Of a stretch of DNA of 64,000 nt, positions 10,402 to 19,088 are shown in pieces. The notes beneath the pieces are model-generated. The model did not search any database. It saw nothing but the letters and a program-made list of their open reading frames with translations, and was not told where the DNA came from. Both the position numbers and the translations under genes were made by a program. Source of the DNA: a virus; IMG/VR virus record IMGVR_UViG_3300010430_000013, positions 1 to 64,000 of that record. One strand, written 5' to 3'. How positions within the stretch are numbered: the first letter of the stretch is position 1; the number at the start of each line of letters is the position of its first letter.

Positions 10402-11103
10402 CATCTTACACAAAAATCCATAAAAATAGGCAACAAAATCAGGAAAATTGTCCTGTGTCCACCAGACTTTAAGGAGTCATATTATCGAAAACACGTAGAA
10501 CTTAGCAACCTATTCGAAGAAAACCCGTTCTGTGAGTATGTACATTGCAGAATTGGAAGATCCGTCATCAGTAATGCCAAGCCCCACATAGGGTTTACCT
10601 TTACCCTTAAGATGGATTTAAAAAACTTCTTCTACAATATTACTGTAGACTCACATGGACAATACATCCCCAAAGAATATCATAGATTTGTGTTTTATCG
10701 GGGTAGAGTTCCACAGGGCTTACCGACGAGTCCTTCTGTTGCCAATCTAGCTTTTGCTGTTTGCGACAAGCAGATAGCAGAATTTTGCAAAAAGAAAAAA
10801 GTTATTTATACTAGATACTGTGACGACCTGAGCTTTTCATTTAACGACTATACTTTGGCTGACCAGCTAAAGAAAAAAGTTTCAGATATTGTTTCTGGCG
10901 AGGCTCACAAGATCAACACCCGAAAAACCAAGTTGCTTTACGCAAAGGCAGGCCGTAGAATAATCTGCGGAGTTGGCGTTGGAGAAACTAAGCTGCACGC
11001 CACCAGAAAGTCTAAGCGTAACTTACGAACCTACAAGAAGAATGGGCAAGAGCTTGCAGCCCAAGGAATGCAGGCTTGGATTAACTACTGCGAAAGCGAA
11101 TAA
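10399..11103 (+). CDS. Retron-type reverse transcriptase (minimal, 234 aa)
   Basis: NAKPH (retron NAxxH), MDLKNFF, PQGLPTSP.VAN, YTRYCDDLSFS (YxDD), INTRKTK, ICG at the VTG position. Confidence 0.9.
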   Translation: MHLTQKSIKIGNKIRKIVLCPPDFKESYYRKHVELSNLFEENPFCEYVHCRIGRSVISNAKPHIGFTFTLKMDLKNFFYNITVDSHGQYIPKEYHRFVFYRGRVPQGLPTSPSVANLAFAVCDKQIAEFCKKKKVIYTRYCDDLSFSFNDYTLADQLKKKVSDIVSGEAHKINTRKTKLLYAKAGRRIICGVGVGETKLHATRKSKRNLRTYKKNGQELAAQGMQAWINYCESE

Positions 11104-11104
11104 T

Positions 11105-13039
11105 ATGAAATTACCAACACGCACACAAATCAACAAAACCTTCTCAAGCAACTCACAACAAACCAAAGAGTGCTTCTTCTCAAAAGGTAAAACGAACCAG
11201 CGTAATCTGATTGTCTCTAATTACTCTTATCCTGAGAGAGCAATCATTAGAGAGCTTACGGCTAACGCTAGGGACGCACATATCCAAGCAGGTCAAACTA
11301 AGCCTATCAAGCTAACAGTAAAAAATAACAGCGACCAAAAATATATCACCAAAGGGTTCTGGTTTGAGATTCGTGATTACGGCAACGGAGTATCTAAAGA
11401 GTACCTTGATAATGAATGGTGCGAGATTGGCCTATCAACCAAATCAGAGTCTAACGACCAAGTTGGTGCGTTTGGTATTGGTCGAATGACCCCGTTTTGC
11501 TTGGCGGAATCGTTTAGTATTACGACATTCCAAGACGGTAAAGCTCACAGTTATGTGATGTCGGAAAATTCCAGCGGAGTATTTCAGAATACCTTCCTTG
11601 GAACCCGCGATACTAACGAAGAAAACGGATTGAAAATTCAATTTCAAACCAATAAGGGTCGCATCAATCCAGAACACTTTTTTAATGTGCTATTCCTTGA
11701 TGTGCCGCTAGACGCTACCGTTGACGGTCAAAAGATTAAAATCCAAAATCACTCAGACTACTCTTGGCATGGAGATGATTACAGCCTGTCTAATCGTGGT
11801 GGATTTGTAATCTACGGAGGAATTGCGTACGAGCCCGTTTACACGAGTTATCTAGGCGGTTCGCCCCTCAATGTAACTATCCCGCTGGGAGAACTTGAAG
11901 TTTCATCCTCCAGAGAGGCTCTCTCTAGGACCACAGAGAACTGCGAAATTATAAAAAAATACCAAGAAAAAGCCAAGAACAATATTAAAAAGAGCATTCA
12001 AGCAAAATTGAATACCTGCTCCTCCAGGAAGGAGGCGTTTAAATTATATTATGATTTAGTTATGCGTATGCCAAACGGAACACTTAACACGGCATTATAT
12101 CAAGGGGAGAGATTGCTCCTTAGAACAAAAAATAACTATCAAAGCTATGTCAATTCTCTTTCTGAAGAAACATGTTGGGATAATAGAGTTGGAAACATTC
12201 GTCTAGAGCCCGACATTAATGGGATAATCATTGATGATGATAAATATTCCGCCAGGAACTATATTAAAGCCGCTGAATTAGAAGGACTGGTTGTAGTTGC
12301 TAAGCATATTAGCGTTGAAGACTTCGCAAAAGAGTTGTGTCTTGACGAGAAAGATATTTTGCTTTCTTCAACATTAGTTGAGCAAACTAAAGAGTACCTT
12401 AAAGAGAAAAGAAAATCTAGAAAAAGCTCTACAACCGGTCCAAACTTTGGTAGCGCTAAGTATTTTTCTTACAACGGGAATTTTTCGGGGCACTATGTTA
12501 AGGGCAACCTTACCCCGGTTTCAAAGCCTGAAAAATACATCATATCTATGGATAAGTATCAGATAAATAAACGGGTACTATTAAGTAGTTACAATGATAT
12601 CGCTACTCTTCCGGCATTCAGCATTGTAAGAGAGAGCCAATTCCAAAAGCTTATTGACTCTGGCAAATGCGAGTCTCTTTATGATAAAGCTACTCAAGAA
12701 ATAGAGAAGCAATCTAAAAACGTATTACGACACATTAAAAGAGCAAACTTGCTAAGAACTCATGAGGGCAGGTTAATTAAGTTCCTTTACGAAGAATGCG
12801 GATGGAAAAAGCTTAAGCCGATTTTAGAGAAAATGCAAAAATCAGAAAAGATTTGCGCCAAAAATGCCGCGCTAGTCAAGTCTATTCGACGAGCACCTAA
12901 CCAAAGTCTAGACTACGATATTGATTTTGGAATTATTGAGAGACTACCCTACAATGTTAGTCAAGTAAGACCAAGAGAAAAGGAGGACCTTAAGGCTCTT
13001 TACAAGCAAAAATACGGGGAGACAAAAAATGGAAAATGA
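11105..13039 (+). CDS. rIIA: rIIA-like protein with N-terminal GHKL/HATPase domain
   Basis: IIRELTANARDAH, IRDYGNG, STK..SNDQVGAFGIG, GELEVSSSREALS; ATG 1 nt after the RT stop. Confidence 0.8.
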   Translation: MKLPTRTQINKTFSSNSQQTKECFFSKGKTNQRNLIVSNYSYPERAIIRELTANARDAHIQAGQTKPIKLTVKNNSDQKYITKGFWFEIRDYGNGVSKEYLDNEWCEIGLSTKSESNDQVGAFGIGRMTPFCLAESFSITTFQDGKAHSYVMSENSSGVFQNTFLGTRDTNEENGLKIQFQTNKGRINPEHFFNVLFLDVPLDATVDGQKIKIQNHSDYSWHGDDYSLSNRGGFVIYGGIAYEPVYTSYLGGSPLNVTIPLGELEVSSSREALSRTTENCEIIKKYQEKAKNNIKKSIQAKLNTCSSRKEAFKLYYDLVMRMPNGTLNTALYQGERLLLRTKNNYQSYVNSLSEETCWDNRVGNIRLEPDINGIIIDDDKYSARNYIKAAELEGLVVVAKHISVEDFAKELCLDEKDILLSSTLVEQTKEYLKEKRKSRKSSTTGPNFGSAKYFSYNGNFSGHYVKGNLTPVSKPEKYIISMDKYQINKRVLLSSYNDIATLPAFSIVRESQFQKLIDSGKCESLYDKATQEIEKQSKNVLRHIKRANLLRTHEGRLIKFLYEECGWKKLKPILEKMQKSEKICAKNAALVKSIRRAPNQSLDYDIDFGIIERLPYNVSQVRPREKEDLKALYKQKYGETKNGK

Positions 13040-13208
13040 AGATATTGAATACTTTTTCATGAACGGTACGCTTTGGATTCTTCCTCCTGATACGGATACC
13101 CCGAAGCCTGTTTCAACTGATAATCCACTTTATGCAATGGTGCTAGAGTTGGAAAACAAAAACGGAAATCTTAACGAGTATTTAAAGGAATCAGATGTCA
13201 AAGATTAA
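13029..13208 (+). CDS. 59-aa protein in the rIIB position, possibly an rIIB N-terminal remnant
   Basis: MENEDIEYFFMNGTLWILPPDTDTPKPVSTDNPLYAMVLELENK...; overlaps the rIIA stop. Confidence 0.45.
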   Translation: MENEDIEYFFMNGTLWILPPDTDTPKPVSTDNPLYAMVLELENKNGNLNEYLKESDVKD

Positions 13209-14289
13209 AATGAATCTAAACCTGGACATTGTTTTGGACGGGGACAAAATTACAGTCAGCGGGGCTGGCGAACGATGCCAGTGTGTGTGCAGAGAGCCTA
13301 CACCTACGCCTGAGCCGGAACCGGAGCCCACGCCTGAGCCAGAACCAACACCGGAACCGGAACCTACGCCTGAGCCTGAGCCAGAGCCAACGCCTGTCCC
13401 AGACGGAATGCCTAAAGAGTACGGATATAGTGAACTTTTCGCAACAAGTGGACCTGCTGGATCACACCGAGAAAGAGTTGATTATCCGGTATTTGTCTAT
13501 CAGATGAGCAGGTTTAACGCTTTTTATATCTGTAAGACCGGTGGGAAAAAGCAACTATACACCGCCATTGTTAAGGATGGCAAAATTGACTTCTCAACTG
13601 AGAAACACCTGCCTGTTGGAACTCAGAAAGTTGTTCACGTTCAAGCTGCCCAAGAAGAAAACTCTAGCCAAAAATGGCTGAACTTTGTTACGGAAAGCAA
13701 TGGTTTTCACTTGTATTCCTGGCTGGTAAACCGAGGAGAAGTTCAAGGAACTCCCGCAGAAACTCCTCACAGAACTTCGGACGTTATCGCGACAACCAGT
13801 GGACCAGGTATCGAGCTTTGGAAGAAAATCGATAATTTTGTCAAGCACCCATCGACCGGTAAAACTATTGATTATATCAGACGGTGGTTCAAAGGCGACA
13901 GCGACGAACTAACCTTTAATGGATTGGGCTCCAAAGAACAAGTCTACAGTATGGCCGTACATAAAGCCGACAACAAAGGCTATGTAGCTATGCTTGGCTT
14001 ATTCAAAATTGAGAACGATGGTGCTCATCAATACGGTGGAATTCACCCTGTTTGGGCCACGTCAAAAGATGGTATCGCTTGGGACTTGCCTTTTGGCACA
14101 AAGTCAGCTCTGGATGCTCCAGATAAAGACCGAATGGTTCTGCCTACTCAATTCATGCCATTCGGAAAAGAGTTGTATCTAGTCTACAGCGATAACGCAT
14201 TTAGCCACAACACTTACCAACCTGGAGATGTTACGAGTGGCGCTTATGTTAGATACCGTATGACAGATGTAGAAGGACTTCTTAATTGA
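13195..14289 (+). CDS. Protein with Pro-Glu-Pro-Thr linker and probable beta-propeller (glycoside hydrolase-like) domain
   Basis: (PEPEPT)n linker; Asp-box-like WATSKDGIAW; beta-rich C-terminal domain. Confidence 0.55.
   Translation: MSKIKMNLNLDIVLDGDKITVSGAGERCQCVCREPTPTPEPEPEPTPEPEPTPEPEPTPEPEPEPTPVPDGMPKEYGYSELFATSGPAGSHRERVDYPVFVYQMSRFNAFYICKTGGKKQLYTAIVKDGKIDFSTEKHLPVGTQKVVHVQAAQEENSSQKWLNFVTESNGFHLYSWLVNRGEVQGTPAETPHRTSDVIATTSGPGIELWKKIDNFVKHPSTGKTIDYIRRWFKGDSDELTFNGLGSKEQVYSMAVHKADNKGYVAMLGLFKIENDGAHQYGGIHPVWATSKDGIAWDLPFGTKSALDAPDKDRMVLPTQFMPFGKELYLVYSDNAFSHNTYQPGDVTSGAYVRYRMTDVEGLLN
13294..13400 (+). repeat. Coding tandem repeat (PEPEPT)n
   Basis: Repeated CCTGAG/CCGGAA/CCAACG codon units. 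Confidence 0.8.
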
Positions 14290-14531
14290 GTTTATCACCA
14301 ATAACTTTAGAAGAATTTATCTCTAGATGCTTTCCTGGGGAGGTTTATCCGCCTCCTCAGAAAGGGGTCATCATAAGCGAAAATGATCTGAAAACTCTTT
14401 TTAGATGTCTCGAAGTTTTAGCGGATGCGTCTAAAGGCCAAGCAAACTCCTATGATCTTGTTGTGGTTAATCAAAACCTATCTGATTTAAAAACATCTAT
14501 TCTGAGAAATACTGAATATCCTTACTTCTAA
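14286..14531 (+). CDS. Hypothetical protein
   Basis: TTG start overlapping the previous stop. Confidence 0.5.
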   Translation: MSLSPITLEEFISRCFPGEVYPPPQKGVIISENDLKTLFRCLEVLADASKGQANSYDLVVVNQNLSDLKTSILRNTEYPYF

Positions 14532-14709
14532 ACACGCTGTTCGAAAAGATCTCGGGAGTAACGTTATTATACGTCTCCTGAGTTCTTTTTTTTGTTATGA
14601 CGGCACCCTCTGCGTAGAACGTGTTTCCAATTGCTACCACGTCCAGATTAGTGTAGGTGTATGTGCTAGCGCTAAAAAACAAAAGTGTTCCAGCAATAAA
14701 TTTATTCAT
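14497..14709 (-). CDS. Hypothetical secreted protein
   Basis: Signal-peptide-like N-terminus; coupled to the upstream minus-strand ORF. Confidence 0.5.
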   Translation of the reverse strand: MNKFIAGTLLFFSASTYTYTNLDVVAIGNTFYAEGAVITKKRTQETYNNVTPEIFSNSVFRSKDIQYFSE

Positions 14710-14965
14710 AACTTAGCTCTCTAACCTTCTCTGGTGGAAGCCATCCATCCGTATTGGGTACAGTCAACTGCGAGTCGATAGCGATATCACCACTGTATTT
14801 TTTAACTTTCGTCGGAGCATTCTTAGAAGAATTGTCCGCCAAAACAACCACTGCGCTCACAAGAATAACAAACGATACAATCGTATACAGACTAAAAAGA
14901 CTGCTACGTCTTTCTGATTGTTTATTTTTTTCTTCAAAAGCGTTGTAAATGTCTAATGTACTCAT
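14702..14965 (-). CDS. Hypothetical single-pass membrane protein
   Basis: Hydrophobic helix LYTIVSFVILVSAVVVLA. Confidence 0.55.
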   Translation of the reverse strand: MSTLDIYNAFEEKNKQSERRSSLFSLYTIVSFVILVSAVVVLADNSSKNAPTKVKKYSGDIAIDSQLTVPNTDGWLPPEKVRELSYE

Positions 14966-16002
14966 TTTTTCAAACCCTTAAACTCTGTTATTACATTCTT
15001 CCAATTGATCAGATTGACCAACGTATCAAGTTCTGCTATGCAATATGAGTCGCCCTGCTTTAATATGTACTCCATGTCACGTCTGGAGCAAATGAAGGCA
15101 CCCTGAGGCAAGTCTTCTAGGAATCCAACGGGACCACCAATCCAGCCGCCGTATTGTTTATCAGGACCCCAAGAGTTCAAAATCACAAATGCATCTAACT
15201 CATCAATATAAGCGCAAACATTCATGCAATGAGCCCAAGCTCTGCCAGTTCTAGGTGAAACTCCCTGCGAATCCCGTGTCGTTCTAAAAGAACTCTGGGA
15301 GCAGATATATATAGGAAAACCGCGCTGTAAAGCGACCCTGGCTTCCTCCGTATCTTCGACTAAAACAGCTCTGCCCTTGTACTCAGAAGCCTTTTCTGTA
15401 ACTTCTTGAGGTACGGAACCAGAGCGCGTCCAAGATCTAATTAATCCAATATTGTAGTCATTGAAATCATATTGACCCGCCTTTTGAGATCTGAATGGAA
15501 TGCCGTATTTACTAATACTGCTAGCCATCCAAGATCCGGTTGAACCATCGCCAAATCCGCCATGACCAATACGACTGAGTGCATAGATATGACCCTTTGC
15601 AACAAGACCAACCCATCTATTGTTTTTTGACCAAACGCTTCGAGAGTAAGCCATTACGGCCCCTCTTTGATCAATTGCTGAGCCACTGCCAAATCCGACG
15701 CAACTCCCAAGTTGACCCTGATTTTCTGCGTCTAATCTACCTGTTTGCTTTTCTAGGTCGGATAACTCTCCCAATTCCTTCTTAAGTTGATAGAGTGCCC
15801 TATAGAGCAGGGCAGAACCTTCCTCGTCTTTGTATAGCGAAGCTACCTTGATGAACTTAGTTCTAAGGAGTTGATGTTCAGGACTCCGTTGGTATTCACG
15901 TCTGGCCTGTGGGTCATCTACCCATCCGTTAGTATTATAGGGTAATTGGGCCAACGAAACCTGAGAAAAAACCAGGCACAAGAAGATTATGAAATTTCGC
16001 AT
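14962..16002 (-). CDS. Secreted papain-like (C1 family) cysteine peptidase
   Basis: Signal peptide; NQGQLGSCVGFG (Gln/Cys), WAHCM (His), ILNSWG (Asn). Confidence 0.85.
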   Translation of the reverse strand: MRNFIIFLCLVFSQVSLAQLPYNTNGWVDDPQARREYQRSPEHQLLRTKFIKVASLYKDEEGSALLYRALYQLKKELGELSDLEKQTGRLDAENQGQLGSCVGFGSGSAIDQRGAVMAYSRSVWSKNNRWVGLVAKGHIYALSRIGHGGFGDGSTGSWMASSISKYGIPFRSQKAGQYDFNDYNIGLIRSWTRSGSVPQEVTEKASEYKGRAVLVEDTEEARVALQRGFPIYICSQSSFRTTRDSQGVSPRTGRAWAHCMNVCAYIDELDAFVILNSWGPDKQYGGWIGGPVGFLEDLPQGAFICSRRDMEYILKQGDSYCIAELDTLVNLINWKNVITEFKGLKK

Positions 16003-16003
16003 A

Positions 16004-16318
16004 TCAATTATTCAACTCTGGGATATCAGGATAAGTTCTTCTTCTAAATTCTGGGTCCTGAAGCTCTTTCCAAGACTGCCTAATAAAATATTCTCGTATT
16101 TGCTCAAGCATCCGTTGCTCAACCCGCCGAAAATATCGAGCTTTTGTTTTGTATTTTGATTTTGTTCTGAATGGTTCTTGCTTAATTAAGGGCTCCACGG
16201 TAGACTCATTAAGAGTAACTGACTTACTCGGAGTTGGCTCAAATGGCACAATTCCTGCAAAGCACGGAGCGCAGCATATTAAAAAGATAAATAATGTTAA
16301 TTTATTCATCCATGACAC
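16004..16318 (-). CDS. Hypothetical secreted protein
   Basis: Signal-peptide-like N-terminus. Confidence 0.55.
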   Translation of the reverse strand: MSWMNKLTLFIFLICCAPCFAGIVPFEPTPSKSVTLNESTVEPLIKQEPFRTKSKYKTKARYFRRVEQRMLEQIREYFIRQSWKELQDPEFRRRTYPDIPELNN

Positions 16319-16544
16319 CTAGCGGGCTTGGAACTACTGAATCGGGCTCCACAGGCTCTACTACATCTTTCCCAAAGAGTTTTGCCTTGGTGTAGCCCAA
16401 CTGATAACCGGCATTATAAGAGGCGCAGCTAGGCACGATTGCGAGAAGACCACCAACAACCAGCAAGACAACGGTTTTTACGAAGCCGTACATATCATCA
16501 ATAGGGTTGAAGATTCCAACGATGCTGCTCAATAGTTCTTTCAT
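16302..16544 (-). CDS. Hypothetical membrane protein
   Basis: One hydrophobic helix; overlapping operon arrangement. Confidence 0.55.
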   Translation of the reverse strand: MKELLSSIVGIFNPIDDMYGFVKTVVLLVVGGLLAIVPSCASYNAGYQLGYTKAKLFGKDVVEPVEPDSVVPSPLGVMDE

Positions 16545-16825
16545 TCTTCGATTCTCGCTATCAAAACGCCTTGACCCTTAATGAGCCTGTGATAGAATTC
16601 CTTCTCAATTAAGTAATCCTGACCAACGCATAGCTCGACTGGAACACAATCATCCATTTGGATTTTCCAGCCGCCTTCATTTGTCAATATTGTAACTCGT
16701 CTGTTGTTTTTATCTCTATGCCAAACTAAGTCTTTGGCGTTTGTATTTTTATCGAAGACTCTGTAAAAAACATTCTCATTAATGCCAGAGTCCGCTTGGA
16801 AAAATGGAAAGTCAGACATTACCAA
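16541..16825 (-). CDS. Conserved phage cupin-like protein
   Basis: DLVWHRD, GWKIQMDD..PVEL, YHRLIKG motifs. Confidence 0.65.
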   Translation of the reverse strand: MVMSDFPFFQADSGINENVFYRVFDKNTNAKDLVWHRDKNNRRVTILTNEGGWKIQMDDCVPVELCVGQDYLIEKEFYHRLIKGQGVLIARIEE

Positions 16826-17397
16826 TACTTGCCACCGATTGGCTCGCCTCCATAAATCTTATGAAAATACCGGTTAACTCGGCAACTCCAATAACTAGGA
16901 GTCAACTTATCATTAGCCTGCTCACAATTATGCCTAGCTGTGAAAGCAGCTCTGCGTTCCGGGTCTTCCAAAAGTTTACGTGTAACATTTAACCCAAAAT
17001 TAATCTTACGAACATTTCCAGTTTTAGGGTCCTTAACGAAAACTTTAAACTTTTTTACATCACCCTTCATTGGTTTGTTTAGTTCGACATCTTTTCCTTG
17101 ATACTCAGCCGCACTAACAAAACCAAAATATTCGTCAACTATGTAAATATGGTCGGCTGAGGTGAAATCTTCCGAAGAGATAGGAAAATCAAGAGGAACT
17201 TCCTCTCCATTGAACAAACCGAATTCTCCAATTTCAGTCGAAATAAAATCCCGTTCTGATTCAGAGATTTCTAGTGAATCAATATTGGCCTTGGCCTCAT
17301 TAATAACCCTAAAAAAGGTATCGCTTCCATAGCGATAGGCATCAATCAATCCATCGTCAACGCTTAAGGCGTATTCTAATTCTTTAGACAAGTTCAT
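16819..17397 (-). CDS. Conserved phage protein (DUF6321-like C-terminus, from recall)
   Basis: AEYQGKDVELNKP, KKFKVFVKDPKTGNV..INFG, F.ARHNC, YWSCR. Confidence 0.65.
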   Translation of the reverse strand: MNLSKELEYALSVDDGLIDAYRYGSDTFFRVINEAKANIDSLEISESERDFISTEIGEFGLFNGEEVPLDFPISSEDFTSADHIYIVDEYFGFVSAAEYQGKDVELNKPMKGDVKKFKVFVKDPKTGNVRKINFGLNVTRKLLEDPERRAAFTARHNCEQANDKLTPSYWSCRVNRYFHKIYGGEPIGGKYW

Positions 17398-17400
17398 TTT

Positions 17401-17850
17401 TTACCAAGGTTTTGAGTTATAGACAGAAGAAGCTTCGTAGGCATCAGCCAATTCTCTGAGTTTTGCCACAAGGGTAGCTCTATCTGTTACCTCTTCGAGA
17501 TTTTTTTCGACCCAAACTTCAATTTTTTCTGCTAGATTTGGATACTTTAACTTAAAATCAAAGCCAGCGGGATACGAAATCTCTAAAGCTCTGAGTAATA
17601 CACTCTGCATATCTGAAGGAGTCTTGTAAATGTTACGACCTTTGGCGTCTACGGCGATACTGTTAGAGGCAGACCTGAGACATGCCGCCAAAAGCGCCAA
17701 ATCGCTCGCTGACTCCTTTGGAGCGTTCTGGATGACTATCGTGTCGATTTCTGTCTTGGGGGCCACAGATTGCGAGCCAGGCATCGAGTTGAAGTATCCG
17801 AAGGCACCAATGCCGACCATAAGCAGGCCGATTAAGTCATTAGCTTTCAT
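17401..17850 (-). CDS. Hypothetical membrane-anchored protein
   Basis: N-terminal hydrophobic segment. Confidence 0.6.
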   Translation of the reverse strand: MKANDLIGLLMVGIGAFGYFNSMPGSQSVAPKTEIDTIVIQNAPKESASDLALLAACLRSASNSIAVDAKGRNIYKTPSDMQSVLLRALEISYPAGFDFKLKYPNLAEKIEVWVEKNLEEVTDRATLVAKLRELADAYEASSVYNSKPW

Positions 17851-18148
17851 TTGAATTCTCGTTGTCTTTAAGTAATTCCGGTAAAACAGTCGTTCGCAGG
17901 TAGTTCTTAATCTGCGGATTTGCTACAGTATCATGCAAATCTTTAACAATCGCAGCATTTTTCATGAACATGCTATTTTTTTCGACTTCTTTTGCCAAGA
18001 TAGGCCCAAGTTCTTTAACCTTTTTCAGGCTTGGTGACTTAGACTTACTTTTGAAAAGCTCTTTAAGAGCAGGAATTTTGTCAAAAAGAACGACGCCAAT
18101 TCCCAAAATGATTAACCCGATGTAAATTTTGTCCATTTTTCTGTCCAA
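17840..18148 (-). CDS. Hypothetical membrane protein
   Basis: IYIGLIILGIGVVLF helix followed by a Lys-rich tail; GGAG SD on the minus strand. Confidence 0.6.
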   Translation of the reverse strand: MDRKMDKIYIGLIILGIGVVLFDKIPALKELFKSKSKSPSLKKVKELGPILAKEVEKNSMFMKNAAIVKDLHDTVANPQIKNYLRTTVLPELLKDNENSNES

Positions 18149-18169
18149 TTTTAATTGAAGTCTCCATAC

Positions 18170-18184
18170 ATTATAGACACCAAA
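18170..18184 (-). promoter_or_regulatory. Putative phage promoter TTTGGTGTCTATAAT
   Basis: Recurring motif at the head of the minus-strand operon. Confidence 0.6.
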
Positions 18185-18207
18185 CAGGGTTTTATCGGAA
18201 ATTTTTT

Positions 18208-18235
18208 TTGTCGAATTCCCAAAATGGGGTACAAT
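18208..18235 (+). promoter_or_regulatory. Sigma70-like promoter TTGTCG-N16-TACAAT
   Basis: -35 at 18208-13, -10 at 18230-35, AT-rich upstream tract. Confidence 0.5.
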
Positions 18236-18241
18236 ACAGGT

Positions 18242-18790
18242 ACGAGGTTAATACTTCAGGCTGGCCGTGAGACTCTGGCGGCGACGTGGGCGCGATTTCA
18301 AAGCGACCAAGGGTGACGAGCCCACAGGAGATTACTTGCTCAAATTCAGGGCGCGTCTGCGGAGATTCGCGTAGGGGTAGAGCAGGACGGCAAACAGATG
18401 CCAAACTAAATCAGACTCACAAATCCTCAATGAGTCTACGTTTCTTAAATGAACCTGAATCCAGAGGTTATGCACTTCTAATAAGCCCCCTTGCTCCACT
18501 CTTTACACATTCAGCATGTGTTTTGTGTTTTTTCTTCTTGTAGTAGTGGGGTAAGGGGCTTTTCGTATGCACTCTGAAAGCAAAGCTAAGTTGGTTCTTC
18601 CAAGCCCACCGAGTTTTTAAATATAAGAAAAGTTTATTAGAAAATAGAGTGCATTTGCGCGACTTGGCTGGGTTATTCGGAAACCCAAGAGCACGGCGAA
18701 GCTAGCGTCGTTAGTTAATCTAACGTTTAATCTGTACAGATACCGTATTAGCCGTATAGCGGTAACTTACCGTTAACTCCTATAGAGGAC
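18242..18790 (+). ncRNA. Candidate large structured non-coding RNA or leader
   Basis: No convincing ORF in ~550 nt; many complementary pairs (CTCTGG/CCAGAG, GTGGGC/GCCCAC, CTTGCTC/GAGCAGG, ATTCAGG/CCTGAAT, AGACTCA/TGAGTCT, AAGCCCC..CCACT/AGTGG..GGGGCTT, ATGCACTCT/AGAGTGCAT). Confidence 0.5.
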
Positions 18791-18794
18791 CCTT

Positions 18795-19088
18795 ATGAAG
18801 ATTGAATCTTTTGATGGCAAAACTTATGCAGTTCTTGGTCACACTTTCGTGGACGGATTTTTTATTAATTTAGACTGTCTTGAAAGACATATTGCCGAGG
18901 CGAGAAAGTTAGGAGCAAACGACATACACATGGAAGGCCGTGCTGGTGGAGTTAAACTGCGTTATGTTCGACTCGCCACAAAAAAAGATGCCATCGAGGC
19001 CCAGGTTGGTTATGCGAAAGCCGCATTAAAAAGACAGCAGGAATATGTAAAAAGACTTGAAAGAGATTTAGCAAAGGAGAATAACTAA
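18795..19088 (+). CDS. Hypothetical protein
   Basis: GAGG SD, 97 aa. Confidence 0.6.
   Translation: MKIESFDGKTYAVLGHTFVDGFFINLDCLERHIAEARKLGANDIHMEGRAGGVKLRYVRLATKKDAIEAQVGYAKAALKRQQEYVKRLERDLAKENN

Noticed and set aside
3820-11103. Diversity-generating retroelement acting on the Gly-rich array
   Set aside because: The RT has retron motifs and msr-msd-like RNAs; no template/variable repeat pair differing at adenines and no Avd-like gene was found by eye
10399-11103. Group II intron RT
   Set aside because: Too short, no maturase or endonuclease domain, and no domain V-like RNA downstream
18192-18543. ORFs 18192-18404 (-) and 18286-18543 (+)
   Set aside because: No SD or recognisable motifs, and they overlap a promoter and a heavily paired region; treated as non-coding
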